Origin: Bacilli bacterium | Lineage (GTDB): Bacteria > Bacillota_I > Bacilli_A > RF39 > UBA660 | Length of the DNA stretch: 45,233 nucleotides | Reading direction: 5' to 3' | Assembly: GCA_016290195.1 (NCBI GenBank) | Contig: JAEETF010000024.1 | Span: 1-45,233 of the forward strand | Shown: positions 19,045 through 28,895 of the stretch, piece by piece | Layout of the letters: each line of letters begins with the position of its first letter | Numbering within the stretch: position 1 is the first letter of the stretch | Translations under genes and position numbers: made by a program | Notes under the pieces: generated by a model | The model's database searches: none | Told to the model about the DNA's origin: nothing | What the model saw: the letters and a program-made list of their open reading frames with translations, nothing else

Positions 19045-19353
19045 ATGAACTTTAAAACTGGAGATAAAGTTGTTGTTATTGCTGGTAAAGATCGTGGTAA
19101 AGAAGGAAAAATTATCAAAACTTTAAAAGCAGAAAATAAAGTTATCGTTGAAGGTGTTAATGTTGTTAAAAAACACATTAAACCAAATGGTAATTCAGCA
19201 GGTAGTATTACTGAAATGGAAGCTGCCATTCATGCTTCAAATGTTATGATTGTTGATCCAAAAACTAATAAGAGAACCAGAATTGGACATACAACTGATA
19301 AAAAAGGTAAAAAGGTTAGATGCACTAAAAAATCTAACGCTAGTATCGATTAA
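19045..19353 (+). CDS. rplX: 50S ribosomal protein L24
   Basis: KTGDKVVVIAGKDRGKEGKI KOW motif, operon position. Confidence 0.95.
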   Translation: MNFKTGDKVVVIAGKDRGKEGKIIKTLKAENKVIVEGVNVVKKHIKPNGNSAGSITEMEAAIHASNVMIVDPKTNKRTRIGHTTDKKGKKVRCTKKSNASID

Positions 19354-19371
19354 TTGGAAGGAGGGTAATAT

Positions 19372-19911
19372 ATGAACCGCCTAAAAGAAAAATATAATAA
19401 CGAGATTGTATCAAGTTTAAAGGAAAAATATAATTATTCAAGTATTATGGCTGTTCCAAAATTGGAAAAAATAGTAGTTAATATCGGAGTTGGAGATGCT
19501 TCTTCAAATAGTAAATTATTAGAAGCTTCAATGAATGATCTTGAATTAATTACTGGTCAAAAGCCAGTAGCAACTAAAGCTAAAAAAGCAATTGCAGGAT
19601 TTAAAATTCGTGCTGGACAACCAATTGGTTGCAAAGTAACTTTACGTGGAGATAAAATGTATAATTTCCTAGATAAGTTATTTAGTATTGCTCTTCCACG
19701 TGTTAGAGATTTTAGAGGTGTATCACCTAAAGCATTCGATGGACGTGGTAATTACACTTTAGGTTTAACTGAACAATTAATTTTTTCAGAAATCGTGTAT
19801 GATAATGTTGTTAAAGTACGTGGAATGGATATTGTTTTTGTTACAACAGCAAAAACAAATGAAGAAGCGTATGATCTTTTAAAAGGTCTTGGAATGCCAT
19901 TTAAAAAATAA
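19372..19911 (+). CDS. rplE: 50S ribosomal protein L5
   Basis: [13 protein letters not shown]...[21 protein letters not shown]. Confidence 0.97.
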   Translation: MNRLKEKYNNEIVSSLKEKYNYSSIMAVPKLEKIVVNIGVGDASSNSKLLEASMNDLELITGQKPVATKAKKAIAGFKIRAGQPIGCKVTLRGDKMYNFLDKLFSIALPRVRDFRGVSPKAFDGRGNYTLGLTEQLIFSEIVYDNVVKVRGMDIVFVTTAKTNEEAYDLLKGLGMPFKK

Positions 19912-19929
19912 CAAAATTAGGAGGAAATT

Positions 19930-20115
19930 ATGGCTAAAAAAAGCATGATAGTTAAAGCTAGTCGTAAACCTAAATTCGAAGTACGTAAGTACACTCGTTG
20001 CAACCGTTGTGGTAGACCACATGCAGTGCTTAAAAAATATGGAATTTGCCGTATTTGTTTTAGGGAATTAGCTTATAAAGGACAAATACCAGGTGTTAAA
20101 AAATCAAGCTGGTAG
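19930..20115 (+). CDS. rpsN: 30S ribosomal protein S14, short zinc-binding (type Z) form
   Basis: 61 aa, CNRCGRP...CRICFRE four-Cys motif. Confidence 0.95.
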   Translation: MAKKSMIVKASRKPKFEVRKYTRCNRCGRPHAVLKKYGICRICFRELAYKGQIPGVKKSSW

Positions 20116-20133
20116 GATAGAAGGAGGGATTTT

Positions 20134-20529
20134 ATGGTAACAGATCCAATTGCAGATATGCTTACAAGAATTCGTAATGCAAATCAATTGAGATATAAAG
20201 AAGTTGAAGTACCCGCTTCAAAAATAAAAGTTGGAATCGCTAACATTCTTAAAGAAGAAGGCTTTATTACAAATTATAAAGTAAAAAAAGATAATGTTCA
20301 AAGCGTTATTCAACTTGAATTAAAATATGGACAAAACAAAGAACGTGTTATTACTGGTCTTAAGAGAATTTCAAAACCAGGATTACGTGTTTATGCTAGT
20401 GCATCTGAACTTCCAAGAGTATTAAATGGATTAGGAATTGCAATTATTTCTACTTCTAAGGGCTTAATGACAGATAGAGAAGCTCGTAAACAAAATCTTG
20501 GTGGAGAAGTACTTGCTTATATTTGGTAG
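20134..20529 (+). CDS. rpsH: 30S ribosomal protein S8
   Basis: [15 protein letters not shown]...GGEVLAYIW. Confidence 0.97.
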   Translation: MVTDPIADMLTRIRNANQLRYKEVEVPASKIKVGIANILKEEGFITNYKVKKDNVQSVIQLELKYGQNKERVITGLKRISKPGLRVYASASELPRVLNGLGIAIISTSKGLMTDREARKQNLGGEVLAYIW

Positions 20530-20548
20530 AAAGTAAGGAGGATTTAAT

Positions 20549-21082
20549 ATGAGTCGTATTGGTAATAGAGAACTTATCATACCTGCAAATGTTACAGTTA
20601 CAGTAGATGGTAGTACAGTTACTGTTAAAGGTCCTAAAGGTGAACTTTCTACTAAAGTTAATGAAAATATTACTGTTAAAGTAGAAGATAATAAAGTTAT
20701 TTGTACAAGAAAAAATGATAACTTTAAAAACTTTCATGGAACTGCAAATGCTAATATCAAAAATTTGATTATTGGTGTAACAGAGGGTTTTGAAAAGAAA
20801 CTAGAAGCAGTAGGTGTTGGATATCGTTTCCAACTTAAGGGAAAACAATTAGTTGTAACTGCTGGTTATTCTCATCCTGTAGAGGTAGAAGTTCCAGCTG
20901 GAATAACTCTTGAAAGCCCAAGTAATACTGAATTGTTTATAAAAGGTATTGATAAATGTTTAGTTGGTGAATTTGCAGCTAATGTTCGTAAGATTAGATT
21001 ACCAGAACCATATAAGGGAAAAGGTATTCGTTATACTGATGAACATATTATTCGTAAAGTTGGAAAGAAAGCTTCTAAATAA
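20549..21082 (+). CDS. rplF: 50S ribosomal protein L6
   Basis: MSRIGNRELIIPANVTV...GVGYRF...PEPYKGKGIRY. Confidence 0.97.
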   Translation: MSRIGNRELIIPANVTVTVDGSTVTVKGPKGELSTKVNENITVKVEDNKVICTRKNDNFKNFHGTANANIKNLIIGVTEGFEKKLEAVGVGYRFQLKGKQLVVTAGYSHPVEVEVPAGITLESPSNTELFIKGIDKCLVGEFAANVRKIRLPEPYKGKGIRYTDEHIIRKVGKKASK

Positions 21083-21107
21083 TCTAAAGTAAAGGAGAAT
21101 ATTTGCT

Positions 21108-21470
21108 ATGATAAATAAAGTTTCACGCAATGATATGCGTCTTGCTAGACACACTAGAGTTAGAGAAAAAGTAGCAGGAACTGCTAGTGCTCCAAGACTT
21201 AATGTGTTTAGATCAAATAAGAATATTTTTGCTCAAATCATAGATGATGAAGCAGGTGTTACTTTAGTTAGTGCTTCTTCCATTGATAAAGAATTAAAAC
21301 TTGAAAATGGTGGAAACATAGAAGCTGCAACTAAAGTTGGAGAATTACTTGCTAAAAGAGCAAAAAAACAAAAAATTTCAAAGGTAACATTCGATAGAGG
21401 TGGTTACCAGTATCACGGTCGTGTAGAAGCACTAGCTAATGCAGCACGTGAAAATGGATTAGAGTTCTAA
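21108..21470 (+). CDS. rplR: 50S ribosomal protein L18
   Basis: [18 protein letters not shown]...[26 protein letters not shown]. Confidence 0.95.
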   Translation: MINKVSRNDMRLARHTRVREKVAGTASAPRLNVFRSNKNIFAQIIDDEAGVTLVSASSIDKELKLENGGNIEAATKVGELLAKRAKKQKISKVTFDRGGYQYHGRVEALANAARENGLEF

Positions 21471-21483
21471 TAGGAGGGTATTT

Positions 21484-21996
21484 ATGGAAAATAAAAAGAG
21501 AGACGTACGCCCTAAGCAACCACAATACAATGAAGAAATGATTGACTTAAAAAGAGTAACAAAAGTTACTAAAGGTGGTCGTCATTTCCGTTTTGCTGCA
21601 ACAATGGCTGTAGGTGATGGTAAAGGATTAATTGGTCTTGGAACTGGAAAAGCTAATGAAGTACCAGATGCAATTAAAAAGGCTGTTCAAGCTGCAACAA
21701 AGAATATGATTAAAGTATCAATTGTTGAAGATAGAACTATACCACATGAAGCTATTGGTGTACAAAGTGCTAGTAGAGTTCTACTTAAACCTGCCCAAAA
21801 AGGTACAGGAGTTAAAGCTGGAGGTCCAGTTCGTGCAGTACTAGAACTTGCTGGGGTAAAAGATATTTTATCTAAGTCACTTGGTTCAAATACCAAAATT
21901 AATATGGCATATGCTACTTTAAATGCATTAAAATCTCAAAAAACAGCAGAAGAAGTTGCAAAACTTCGTGGAAAAAAAGTAGAGGAGATATTATAG
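21484..21996 (+). CDS. rpsE: 30S ribosomal protein S5
   Basis: [29 protein letters not shown]...[15 protein letters not shown]. Confidence 0.97.
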   Translation: MENKKRDVRPKQPQYNEEMIDLKRVTKVTKGGRHFRFAATMAVGDGKGLIGLGTGKANEVPDAIKKAVQAATKNMIKVSIVEDRTIPHEAIGVQSASRVLLKPAQKGTGVKAGGPVRAVLELAGVKDILSKSLGSNTKINMAYATLNALKSQKTAEEVAKLRGKKVEEIL

Positions 21997-21997
21997 T

Positions 21998-22441
21998 ATG
22001 AAGTTAAATAGTATACATCCAACAGAAGGCGCTACACATAGAAGAAAAATTGTTGGTCGTGGACCAGGTAGTGGCCTTGGAAAAACAAGTGGTAGAGGAG
22101 AAAAAGGACAAAAGGCTAGAAGTGGCTATAGTCATAAACCAGGTTTTGAAGGTGGACAATTACCTTTATACCGTCGTTTACCAAAAAGAGGATTTTCAAA
22201 TGCACAATTTAAAATTAGATATGCTGTTATTAATTTAAATGATTTAAATAGATTTGAAGACAACGCTGTTGTTTCTCCAGAAATATTAAAAGAAATGGGA
22301 TTAATCAAAAAGAGCTTAGATGGAATCAAAGTTCTTGGCTATGGAAAACTTGAAAAGAAATTAACTGTTAAAGCTAATAACTTCTCAAGAACAGCTTTAG
22401 AACAAATAGAAAAATTAGGTGGAAAAGTAGAGGTGATTTAA
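21998..22441 (+). CDS. rplO: 50S ribosomal protein L15
   Basis: [24 protein letters not shown]. Starts 1 nt after the rpsE stop, leaving no room for rpmD. Confidence 0.95.
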   Translation: MKLNSIHPTEGATHRRKIVGRGPGSGLGKTSGRGEKGQKARSGYSHKPGFEGGQLPLYRRLPKRGFSNAQFKIRYAVINLNDLNRFEDNAVVSPEILKEMGLIKKSLDGIKVLGYGKLEKKLTVKANNFSRTALEQIEKLGGKVEVI

Positions 22442-23707
22442 TTGTTTTCTAAAATTAATCAACTACTTAGTCCTCAAAATAAAGATTTAAGAAAAAGAAT
22501 ATATTTTACACTTATAGTATTATTTATATTTAAACTTGGTACTGCAATTATAGTTCCAGGTGTAGATAAGACAAAGTTAAGTTCTGATAGTATGGGCTTC
22601 TTTGGACTTATAAATGCTATGGGTGGAGGTGCCCTTGAGAAATTTTCAATATTTTCTCTAGGAGTTATGCCTTATATTACGGCATCAATTATCATTCAAC
22701 TTTTAGAGATGGATGTTGTTCCTTATTTTTCTGAATTAGCAAAACAAGGACAAGTTGGTCGTAATAAATTAAATATGATAACAAGAGTACTTGGTATAGT
22801 GTTAGCCTTTATTCAAGCATATATGTTATCATTTGCTTATATTGATAATGGTAGTGTAACTGATTATATGCAGTTCTCACTAATAATTACAGCTGGTACT
22901 GCATTCTTATTATGGCTTGGTGATCAAGTTACTGCTAAGGGTGTAGGTAATGGTATTTCATTAATAATTATGGCTGGTATTATTGCTACTCTTCCAACAA
23001 TGTTTGTTGATGCATATAAGAGTTTTGTAGTAACTGATACTGTTCAATTATTATTACTTGGAATTGCTAAATTTGTATTACTAGTTGCTTTCTATATAGC
23101 AATTGTAGTAGGAATTGTATTTGTAGAATCAGCTGAAAGAAGAATACCTATTCAATATGCTAATAGTTCAACAAAAAATTTAGGTAAGCAAAATTATATT
23201 CCATTTAAATTAAATTCTGCTGGAGTTATTCCTGTCATCTTTGCATCAGCACTTATTTCAATTCCAGGATTACTTGCAAATTTTATTAAGAATGATGGAT
23301 TCCAAATATTTGTTTCAAAATGGCTTACTTTAAATAGTATTACTGGTGTAACATTATATATTTTATTTATTTTCGTATTTGGATATTTTTACACTTTCTT
23401 CCAATTGAAACCAAAAGAACTTGCTGAGAATTTGCAAAAAAATGGTGGATATATTCCAGGAATTAGACCTGGTGATGAAACTGTAAGTTATGTTACAAAA
23501 GTATTAAAAAGAATTACAATAGTTGGTACTACTTTCTTGGCTTTACTTGCTGCACTTCCAATTATTTGTGCTAATATGCCTGGTATACCATCAAGTGTTT
23601 CAATTGGTGGAACAGGATTACTAATCGTTGTCGGAGTTGCTCTTGAAACATTTAAACAATTAGAAAGTAGTTTAGTTACTAGACAATATACTAGAGGTCG
23701 TAGATAG
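22442..23707 (+). CDS. secY: Preprotein translocase subunit SecY
   Basis: TTG start right after the rplO stop, GAGGTGA at 22429-22435. DLRKRIYFTL...IVPGVD, about ten hydrophobic spans, 421 aa. Confidence 0.95.
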   Translation: MFSKINQLLSPQNKDLRKRIYFTLIVLFIFKLGTAIIVPGVDKTKLSSDSMGFFGLINAMGGGALEKFSIFSLGVMPYITASIIIQLLEMDVVPYFSELAKQGQVGRNKLNMITRVLGIVLAFIQAYMLSFAYIDNGSVTDYMQFSLIITAGTAFLLWLGDQVTAKGVGNGISLIIMAGIIATLPTMFVDAYKSFVVTDTVQLLLLGIAKFVLLVAFYIAIVVGIVFVESAERRIPIQYANSSTKNLGKQNYIPFKLNSAGVIPVIFASALISIPGLLANFIKNDGFQIFVSKWLTLNSITGVTLYILFIFVFGYFYTFFQLKPKELAENLQKNGGYIPGIRPGDETVSYVTKVLKRITIVGTTFLALLAALPIICANMPGIPSSVSIGGTGLLIVVGVALETFKQLESSLVTRQYTRGRR

Positions 23708-24367
23708 GTGCGAGGAATTATATTAATTGCACCTCCGGCTGCTGGTAAGGGTACACAATCAAGTTTACTTTGCAAAAAGTATAAATTTGTACATGTATCT
23801 ACAGGTGATCTTTTACGCGAAGCTGCGGCAAAAGATACAGAAGAAGGCTTATATATTAGAGAAAAAATGAATAGTGGAGAACTTGTTGATAACAGTCTTA
23901 CTATTAAATTACTTGAAAATAAGCTTAAAAGAAGTAAAGCATCTGGATTTATTCTAGATGGATTTCCAAGAGATATTGATCAAGCTAAAAGCTTAGATAA
24001 AATCATGGAAGAAATTAATATTTCAAGATTATATGTATTTTATATTGATGTTGATTTTGATGTTGTTAAAAAAAGATATACAGGACGTGTAGCATGTCCA
24101 AGTTGTGGTGAAGTTTATAATAAATTTATTGATGAACTAAAACCTAAAATGCCTGGAATATGTGATAAATGTGAATGTAAATTAATTACTCGTAGTGATG
24201 ATAATGAAAAGACATTTAATAAACGTTATGAAGTATATGCTGAAAAAACAGCACCACTTGTTAAGTTTTATAATCGCGAAAAAATGTTATATCGCATTGA
24301 TGGAAATTTAAGTGCTAAAGAAATTAATAAACAAATTGTTGATATTTTAGAGGTTCAAAATGATTAG
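23708..24367 (+). CDS. adk: Adenylate kinase (zinc-lid type)
   Basis: GTG start abutting the secY stop. AAGKGTQ P-loop, GFILDGFPR, lid CPSCGEVY...CDKCECKLITRSDD. Confidence 0.9.
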   Translation: MRGIILIAPPAAGKGTQSSLLCKKYKFVHVSTGDLLREAAAKDTEEGLYIREKMNSGELVDNSLTIKLLENKLKRSKASGFILDGFPRDIDQAKSLDKIMEEINISRLYVFYIDVDFDVVKKRYTGRVACPSCGEVYNKFIDELKPKMPGICDKCECKLITRSDDNEKTFNKRYEVYAEKTAPLVKFYNREKMLYRIDGNLSAKEINKQIVDILEVQND

Positions 24368-25106
24368 TATTAAAAGTGATCGTGAAATAGAACTTTTAAA
24401 GATAGCTGGTGAAATTGTTGGTAAAACTCATAATTATATGAAACAATTTATTAAACCAGGCATTACAACAAAGGAACTTGATGATTTAGCAGGTGAATTT
24501 ATAATTAGCCAAGGTGCTACACCATCATGCAAAGGGTATGAAGGATATCCAAATAATATTTGTGTATCTGTTAATGATGAAGTTGTTCATGGAATTGGTA
24601 ATAAAAGAAAATTACATGAGGGGGACATTGTTAAACTTGATATATGTGCTTGTTATAAAGGATATCATGGCGATTCTGCATGGACTTATCCAGTAGGTCG
24701 TATTAGTAAAAATCGTGAGAATTTACTTAAATGGACAGAAGAAGCTTTATTTGAAGGTCTTAAAACAATAAAAAATGGAAGCCGTGTTGGTGACATTGGT
24801 TATGCTGTTGAAAGCTTTGCAAAAAAGCATAATCTTGGAGTAGTAAAAGAATTAGTTGGACATGGTGTTGGTTCTAATTTACACGAAGAACCTGATGTTC
24901 CAAATTATGGTAAAAAAAATACAGGGATAGTACTTAAATCAGGAATGGTAATTGCTGTTGAACCTATGTTAAATTTAGGAACAGCAGATGTATGTATGCT
25001 TGATGATGACTGGACCATTGTTACAATGGACGGTAAACCATCAGCACATTTTGAACATACTATTTTAGTTACTGATGATGGTTATACAATCTTGACGAAG
25101 AGGTGA
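24360..25106 (+). CDS. map: Type I methionine aminopeptidase
   Basis: [36 protein letters not shown] metal-ligand motifs. Confidence 0.95.
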   Translation: MISIKSDREIELLKIAGEIVGKTHNYMKQFIKPGITTKELDDLAGEFIISQGATPSCKGYEGYPNNICVSVNDEVVHGIGNKRKLHEGDIVKLDICACYKGYHGDSAWTYPVGRISKNRENLLKWTEEALFEGLKTIKNGSRVGDIGYAVESFAKKHNLGVVKELVGHGVGSNLHEEPDVPNYGKKNTGIVLKSGMVIAVEPMLNLGTADVCMLDDDWTIVTMDGKPSAHFEHTILVTDDGYTILTKR

Positions 25107-25110
25107 AGAG

Positions 25111-25383
25111 ATGCCAAAGAAACAATTAAAAAATAAAAATAATAATAATTATGATGAAACAAAAAGTTTCAAAAAAAGTAATGCAATTGAAGTAAATGGT
25201 AAGGTACTTGATGTTTTACCAGGTGGTAAATATCGTGTTGAACTAGAAAATAAACATACTGTAGTTGCCCATGTTTCTGGTAAAATCCGAATGAACTATA
25301 TTCGCATTTTACCAGGTGATACAGTAACGATAGAATTATCGGAATATGATTTAACACAGGGGCGCATAACCTATAGAAAATAG
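25111..25383 (+). CDS. infA: Translation initiation factor IF-1 (with N-terminal extension)
   Basis: [48 protein letters not shown]1-like core. 90 aa versus about 72 usual. Confidence 0.9.
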   Translation: MPKKQLKNKNNNNYDETKSFKKSNAIEVNGKVLDVLPGGKYRVELENKHTVVAHVSGKIRMNYIRILPGDTVTIELSEYDLTQGRITYRK

Positions 25384-25396
25384 TAGGAGGGATTTT

Positions 25397-25510
25397 ATGA
25401 AAATTAGACCATCAGTTAAAAAAATGTGTGATAAATGTAAAATCATTAGACGTAAGGGAAAGGTACTAGTTATTTGTACTAATCCAAAACATAAACAAAG
25501 ACAAGGTTAA
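25397..25510 (+). CDS. rpmJ: 50S ribosomal protein L36 (absent from the ORF track)
   Basis: AGGAGGG RBS, ATG 25397, TAA 25508-25510. [37 protein letters not shown] (37 aa). Confidence 0.92.
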   Translation: MKIRPSVKKMCDKCKIIRRKGKVLVICTNPKHKQRQG

Positions 25511-25525
25511 TAGAGGAGGGGTTTT

Positions 25526-25891
25526 ATGGTACGTGTTAAAGGTGTAGATATACCTGATAATAAGAGAGTTGAAATAGCTTTAACTTATATTTATGGTATA
25601 GGTAGAAATTTATCAAACCAAATCTTAAAGGATGCAAAAGTTGATCCAGATAAAAGAGCAAATTCATTAACAAACGATGAATTAGGTCGTATTCGTGATG
25701 AAATAGCTAAATATACAACTGAAGGTGATTTAAGAAGAGAAATCAATATGAATATTAAGACTCAAATGGAAATTAATTCATATAGAGGAACTCGTCATAA
25801 AAAAGGATTACCTGTTAGAGGTCAAAGAACTAATAGAAATGCTAGAACTCGTAAGGGTCGTGGCAAGGTAGTTGCTAATAAGAAAAAATAA
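25526..25891 (+). CDS. rpsM: 30S ribosomal protein S13
   Basis: [26 protein letters not shown]...[17 protein letters not shown]. Confidence 0.97.
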   Translation: MVRVKGVDIPDNKRVEIALTYIYGIGRNLSNQILKDAKVDPDKRANSLTNDELGRIRDEIAKYTTEGDLRREINMNIKTQMEINSYRGTRHKKGLPVRGQRTNRNARTRKGRGKVVANKKK

Positions 25892-25922
25892 TAGTCTTTA
25901 AATAAATAAGGAGGTTATAAAA

Positions 25923-26306
25923 ATGGCTTATAAACCAAGAAAACGTAAAGTTAAGAAAAATGTGCCAGAAGGTAGAGCATATATTAACTCAACTTTTAAT
26001 AATACAATAGTTACTGTAAGTGATTTAGAAGGTAACGCTATTAGTTGGGCTTCTGCTGGTACTTTAGGTTTTAAAGGTAGTAAAAAATCTACCCCATTTG
26101 CAGCTGGTATGTCTGCTGAAGCTGCTGGAAAGGCTGCTGCAGACATGGGAATGAAGAAAGTTGCAGTATTTGTAAAAGGATTAGGTTCAGGTAGAGAAAC
26201 AGCAATTCGTTCTCTACAAACTGCTGGGTTAGAAATTACTTCAATAACAGATATTACACCAATCCCACATAATGGATGTCGTCCACCAAAACGTCCACGT
26301 GGCTAA
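25923..26306 (+). CDS. rpsK: 30S ribosomal protein S11
   Basis: [16 protein letters not shown]...[18 protein letters not shown]...[17 protein letters not shown]. Confidence 0.97.
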   Translation: MAYKPRKRKVKKNVPEGRAYINSTFNNTIVTVSDLEGNAISWASAGTLGFKGSKKSTPFAAGMSAEAAGKAAADMGMKKVAVFVKGLGSGRETAIRSLQTAGLEITSITDITPIPHNGCRPPKRPRG

Positions 26307-26326
26307 AAGAAAAGGAGTGTAGAAAA

Positions 26327-27277
26327 ATGTTAAATTTTGAAAAACCAATCTATAAAATTACTGAATATGTTGAAAATAGTAATTATGGAAAATTTGAATT
26401 AGAACCTTTGGAAAGAGGTTTTGGTACTACAATTGGTAATGCTCTTAGAAGAATAATGTTATCAAGTATGCCAGGTGCTGCAATTGTTGCATTCAAAATG
26501 GATGGAGTTATGCATGAATTCCAAACAATTGATGGCATTGTAGAAGATGTAACATCAATAGTATTGAATCTTAAAAATATTGTTGTTAAAACTACTAGTG
26601 AAGAAGAACAAATTTTAAGATTATATGCTGATAAAGAAGGTGTTGTAACAGCTGGTGATATTACTGTTAATCCAGATGTTGAAATAGTTAATCCAGATCA
26701 AGTTATTGCTACAATTTCTAAAGGTGGAAAAATTGATATGGAACTTGTAGTTGCAAGTGGTAGGGGTTACGTTCCTTCTAATGAAAATAAAAAATATACA
26801 GAAGGTAAAAAATTAGGATTCATTCCAATTGATGCTTTATATTCACCAATTGAACGTATTAGCTATGAAGTTGATAATGCTCGTGTTGGACAAGATGCTA
26901 CTTATGATAAATTAATAATGAACGTTTATACTAATGGCTCAATTCGTCCAGAAGAAGCTATGGCACTTGCTGCTAAAATATTAATTGAACACTTAAATAT
27001 TATTACTAATTTAAGTGAAATAGCTGATACAACTGGTATTATGAATGCTAAACAGGAAGATACAAAACAAAAGAAATTAGAGACACCAATTGATGATTTA
27101 GATTTCTCTGTCAGAGCTTACAACTGTTTAAAACGTGCTGGTGTTAATACACTAGGTGATTTAACAGAAAAGACTGAATTAGAAATGATGAAGATTCGTA
27201 ATTTAGGAAAGAAGTCTTTAAAAGAAGTTATTGATAAAATAAAAGATATGGGACTTAAATTCCGTGAAGAAGATTAA
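26327..27277 (+). CDS. rpoA: DNA-directed RNA polymerase subunit alpha
   Basis: MLNFEKP...[21 protein letters not shown]...[25 protein letters not shown] 26327 behind AAAGGAG. The track start 26276 lies inside rpsK. Confidence 0.95.
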   Translation: MLNFEKPIYKITEYVENSNYGKFELEPLERGFGTTIGNALRRIMLSSMPGAAIVAFKMDGVMHEFQTIDGIVEDVTSIVLNLKNIVVKTTSEEEQILRLYADKEGVVTAGDITVNPDVEIVNPDQVIATISKGGKIDMELVVASGRGYVPSNENKKYTEGKKLGFIPIDALYSPIERISYEVDNARVGQDATYDKLIMNVYTNGSIRPEEAMALAAKILIEHLNIITNLSEIADTTGIMNAKQEDTKQKKLETPIDDLDFSVRAYNCLKRAGVNTLGDLTEKTELEMMKIRNLGKKSLKEVIDKIKDMGLKFREED

Positions 27278-27294
27278 TAGTTAGGAGGAATACT

Positions 27295-27642
27295 ATGTAT
27301 AGAAAATTAGGACGTACAAATAAACATAGAAGAAGTATGCTAGCTAACTTAACTAAAGATGTTATTATGAATGAAAGAATTGAAACAACGGAAACAAGAG
27401 CTAAAGAAGTTCGTAAATTTGTTGATAAATTAATTTCATATGGTAAAGATGGATCATTAGTTGCAAGAAGAAAAGCATTAGCATTCTTACATAATGATGA
27501 TGTAGTTGTTAAAAAAGTATTTGATGACTTAGCAAAACGTTATAGTGCTAGAAATGGTGGTTACACAAGAATTTTAAAACTTGCTGAACGTAGAGGAGAC
27601 GATGCGTTAATGGTAATTTTAGAATTAGTAGAGGGAGAATAA
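27295..27642 (+). CDS. rplQ: 50S ribosomal protein L17
   Basis: [19 protein letters not shown]...GGYTRILKL. Confidence 0.95.
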   Translation: MYRKLGRTNKHRRSMLANLTKDVIMNERIETTETRAKEVRKFVDKLISYGKDGSLVARRKALAFLHNDDVVVKKVFDDLAKRYSARNGGYTRILKLAERRGDDALMVILELVEGE

Positions 27643-27719
27643 TTTCTTCCTTTTTTTTTCATAATATGTTATACTAATATCAGCGTGATATATTCGCGGA
27701 ATAAAGAAGGAGGTGTTTT

Positions 27720-28145
27720 ATGAAGAAGATTGTTGGAATGTTAACTGCTTTTGCTGTTCTATTTGGTTTAACTGCTTGTGGTTCTAAATATGATTTTACT
27801 TGTACTGGTACAATTGATGGACAAGAAGGAACAATTCAAGGAATAGTTAAAGGTGGAAAAGTAACAGAAATTCATGAAGAAACTGAAATGGATGCTGGTT
27901 CTGAGGAGACAGCAAAACAATATGCAGCAATGTATGCAGGATTTGGTTCAATGGCAAGTGAATCTGGTATGACAATGAGTGCCAAAGCTAGTGGAACAAA
28001 GGTTAAAGTAACTATTGATGTTGATGTTGAAAAAGCTAAAGCTGCTCAAGATTCAGATGATGAAGATAGTGATTTTGATTTGTCAGATACTTCTAAAGAA
28101 GCAATGATCAAATTTTTTGAAAAACAAGGATTAAAATGTAAATAA
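27720..28145 (+). CDS. Small lipoprotein, paralog 1 (YehR/DUF1307-like by eye)
   Basis: Signal peptide plus lipobox MKKIVGMLTAFAVLFGLTAC. 141 aa, ends FFEKQGLKCK. GAAGGAGGTG RBS. Confidence 0.75.
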   Translation: MKKIVGMLTAFAVLFGLTACGSKYDFTCTGTIDGQEGTIQGIVKGGKVTEIHEETEMDAGSEETAKQYAAMYAGFGSMASESGMTMSAKASGTKVKVTIDVDVEKAKAAQDSDDEDSDFDLSDTSKEAMIKFFEKQGLKCK

Positions 28146-28169
28146 AAAGGTATTATTAAATACCTTTTT
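28145..28169 (+). terminator. Rho-independent terminator
   Basis: AAAAGGTA / 8-nt loop / TACCTTTT followed by T. Confidence 0.6.
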
Positions 28170-28253
28170 ATTATACTTGTTTAATTAAATTAAAAATGTT
28201 ATAATTTTACTAATGTAATACTTAAAGTATTACTATTGGTGAGGAGGTGTGTT

Positions 28254-28667
28254 ATGAAGAAGGTTGCAGGAATGCTAGCTGCTTTTGCTGTTTTATTTGG
28301 TTTAACTGGATGTGGTGCAAAAACTTTAAAATGTACTATGGAACAAGGTAACAGTAAGATGTCACAAACATTTACTTTGGATAAAGATGATAAAGTAACA
28401 AAAGTTACTATGGAAATGATTGGTGAAGCTGATACTGAAGATGAAGCTAAAGCTGCTGAAGAGTATTATAAAGAAATTGCAAATGATAATGATGTAGCAG
28501 GTATAACATATTCAGTAAGTAGAAGTGGTAAAAAAGTTACTTTAAAAGGAACAGCTGATCTTTCAAAAGTTGATGCTGATGACATTGACACTTATATCGG
28601 AACAAAAACTAATTCTAAAGATGCAGTAAAAAAAGCATTTGAAGATGATGGTTATAAATGTAACTAA
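28254..28667 (+). CDS. Small lipoprotein, paralog 2
   Basis: MKKVAGMLAAFAVLFGLTGC lipobox. 137 aa from ATG 28254 behind GAGGAGGTG, ends FEDDGYKCN. Own extended -10 promoter (TTGTTT 28177-28182, TGTTATAAT 28197-28205). Confidence 0.75.
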   Translation: MKKVAGMLAAFAVLFGLTGCGAKTLKCTMEQGNSKMSQTFTLDKDDKVTKVTMEMIGEADTEDEAKAAEEYYKEIANDNDVAGITYSVSRSGKKVTLKGTADLSKVDADDIDTYIGTKTNSKDAVKKAFEDDGYKCN

Positions 28668-28697
28668 AAGTATTGAAGTTTCAATACTTTTTATTTT
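28667..28697 (+). terminator. Rho-independent terminator
   Basis: AAAGTATTGA / AGTT loop / TCAATACTTT perfect 10-bp stem, then a T-rich tract. Confidence 0.75.
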
Positions 28698-28746
28698 GCA
28701 CCACTATTATTAAAGTAGTATAATTATATCGATGAGGAAAATATAA

Positions 28747-28861
28747 ATGAAGAATTTTTTAAGTTTATATTTCAAAAGTTGATGATGATTCTTATATGTT
28801 GGATCAAATTACAAAAAACACATTAAAAAAAGAATTGAAGTTAGAAGGATATAAGTGTGAA
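28747..28861 (+). pseudogene. Decayed third copy of the lipoprotein paralog family
   Basis: RBS GAGGAAA plus ATG 28747 gives MKNFLSLYFKS-stop. A different frame (28763 onward) reads VYISKVDDDSYMLDQITKNTLKKELKLEGYKCEE, which aligns to the C-terminus of paralog 2 (LSKVDADDIDTYIGTKTNSKDAVKKAFEDDGYKCN). Signal peptide and middle are missing, the frame is broken and the native stop is lost. Confidence 0.55.
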
Positions 28862-28862
28862 G

Positions 28863-28895
28863 AAAAAAACTATGTCAAATTTGACGTAGTTTTTT
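28863..28895. terminator. Bidirectional hairpin
   Basis: CTATGTCA / AATT loop / TGACGTAG (one mismatch), flanked by an A-run upstream and a T-run downstream. Lies directly after the stop of the minus-strand lipoprotein gene. Confidence 0.55.

Noticed and set aside
14063-26146. Many 60-115 aa track ORFs inside the ribosomal operon: the antisense ones 14063-14287, 15020-15247, 17095-17355, 17510-17764, 17619-17828, 18666-18857, 18682-18867, 18885-19229, 20456-20737, 21687-21896, 22132-22329, 23488-23775, 25169-25357, 25928-26146, and the same-strand off-frame ones 22050-22238 and 24514-24696
   Set aside because: Each lies entirely inside a highly conserved, well-signalled gene, either antisense or in a different frame on the same strand. 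They have no RBS and low-complexity translations. These are chance open frames in AT-rich DNA.
27643-27719. Terminator directly after rplQ (GGGAGAA...TTTCTTCC followed by a T-run)
   Set aside because: The candidate stem needs mismatches or wobble pairs and is only 4-5 bp of solid pairing. The T-run alone is not sufficient evidence.
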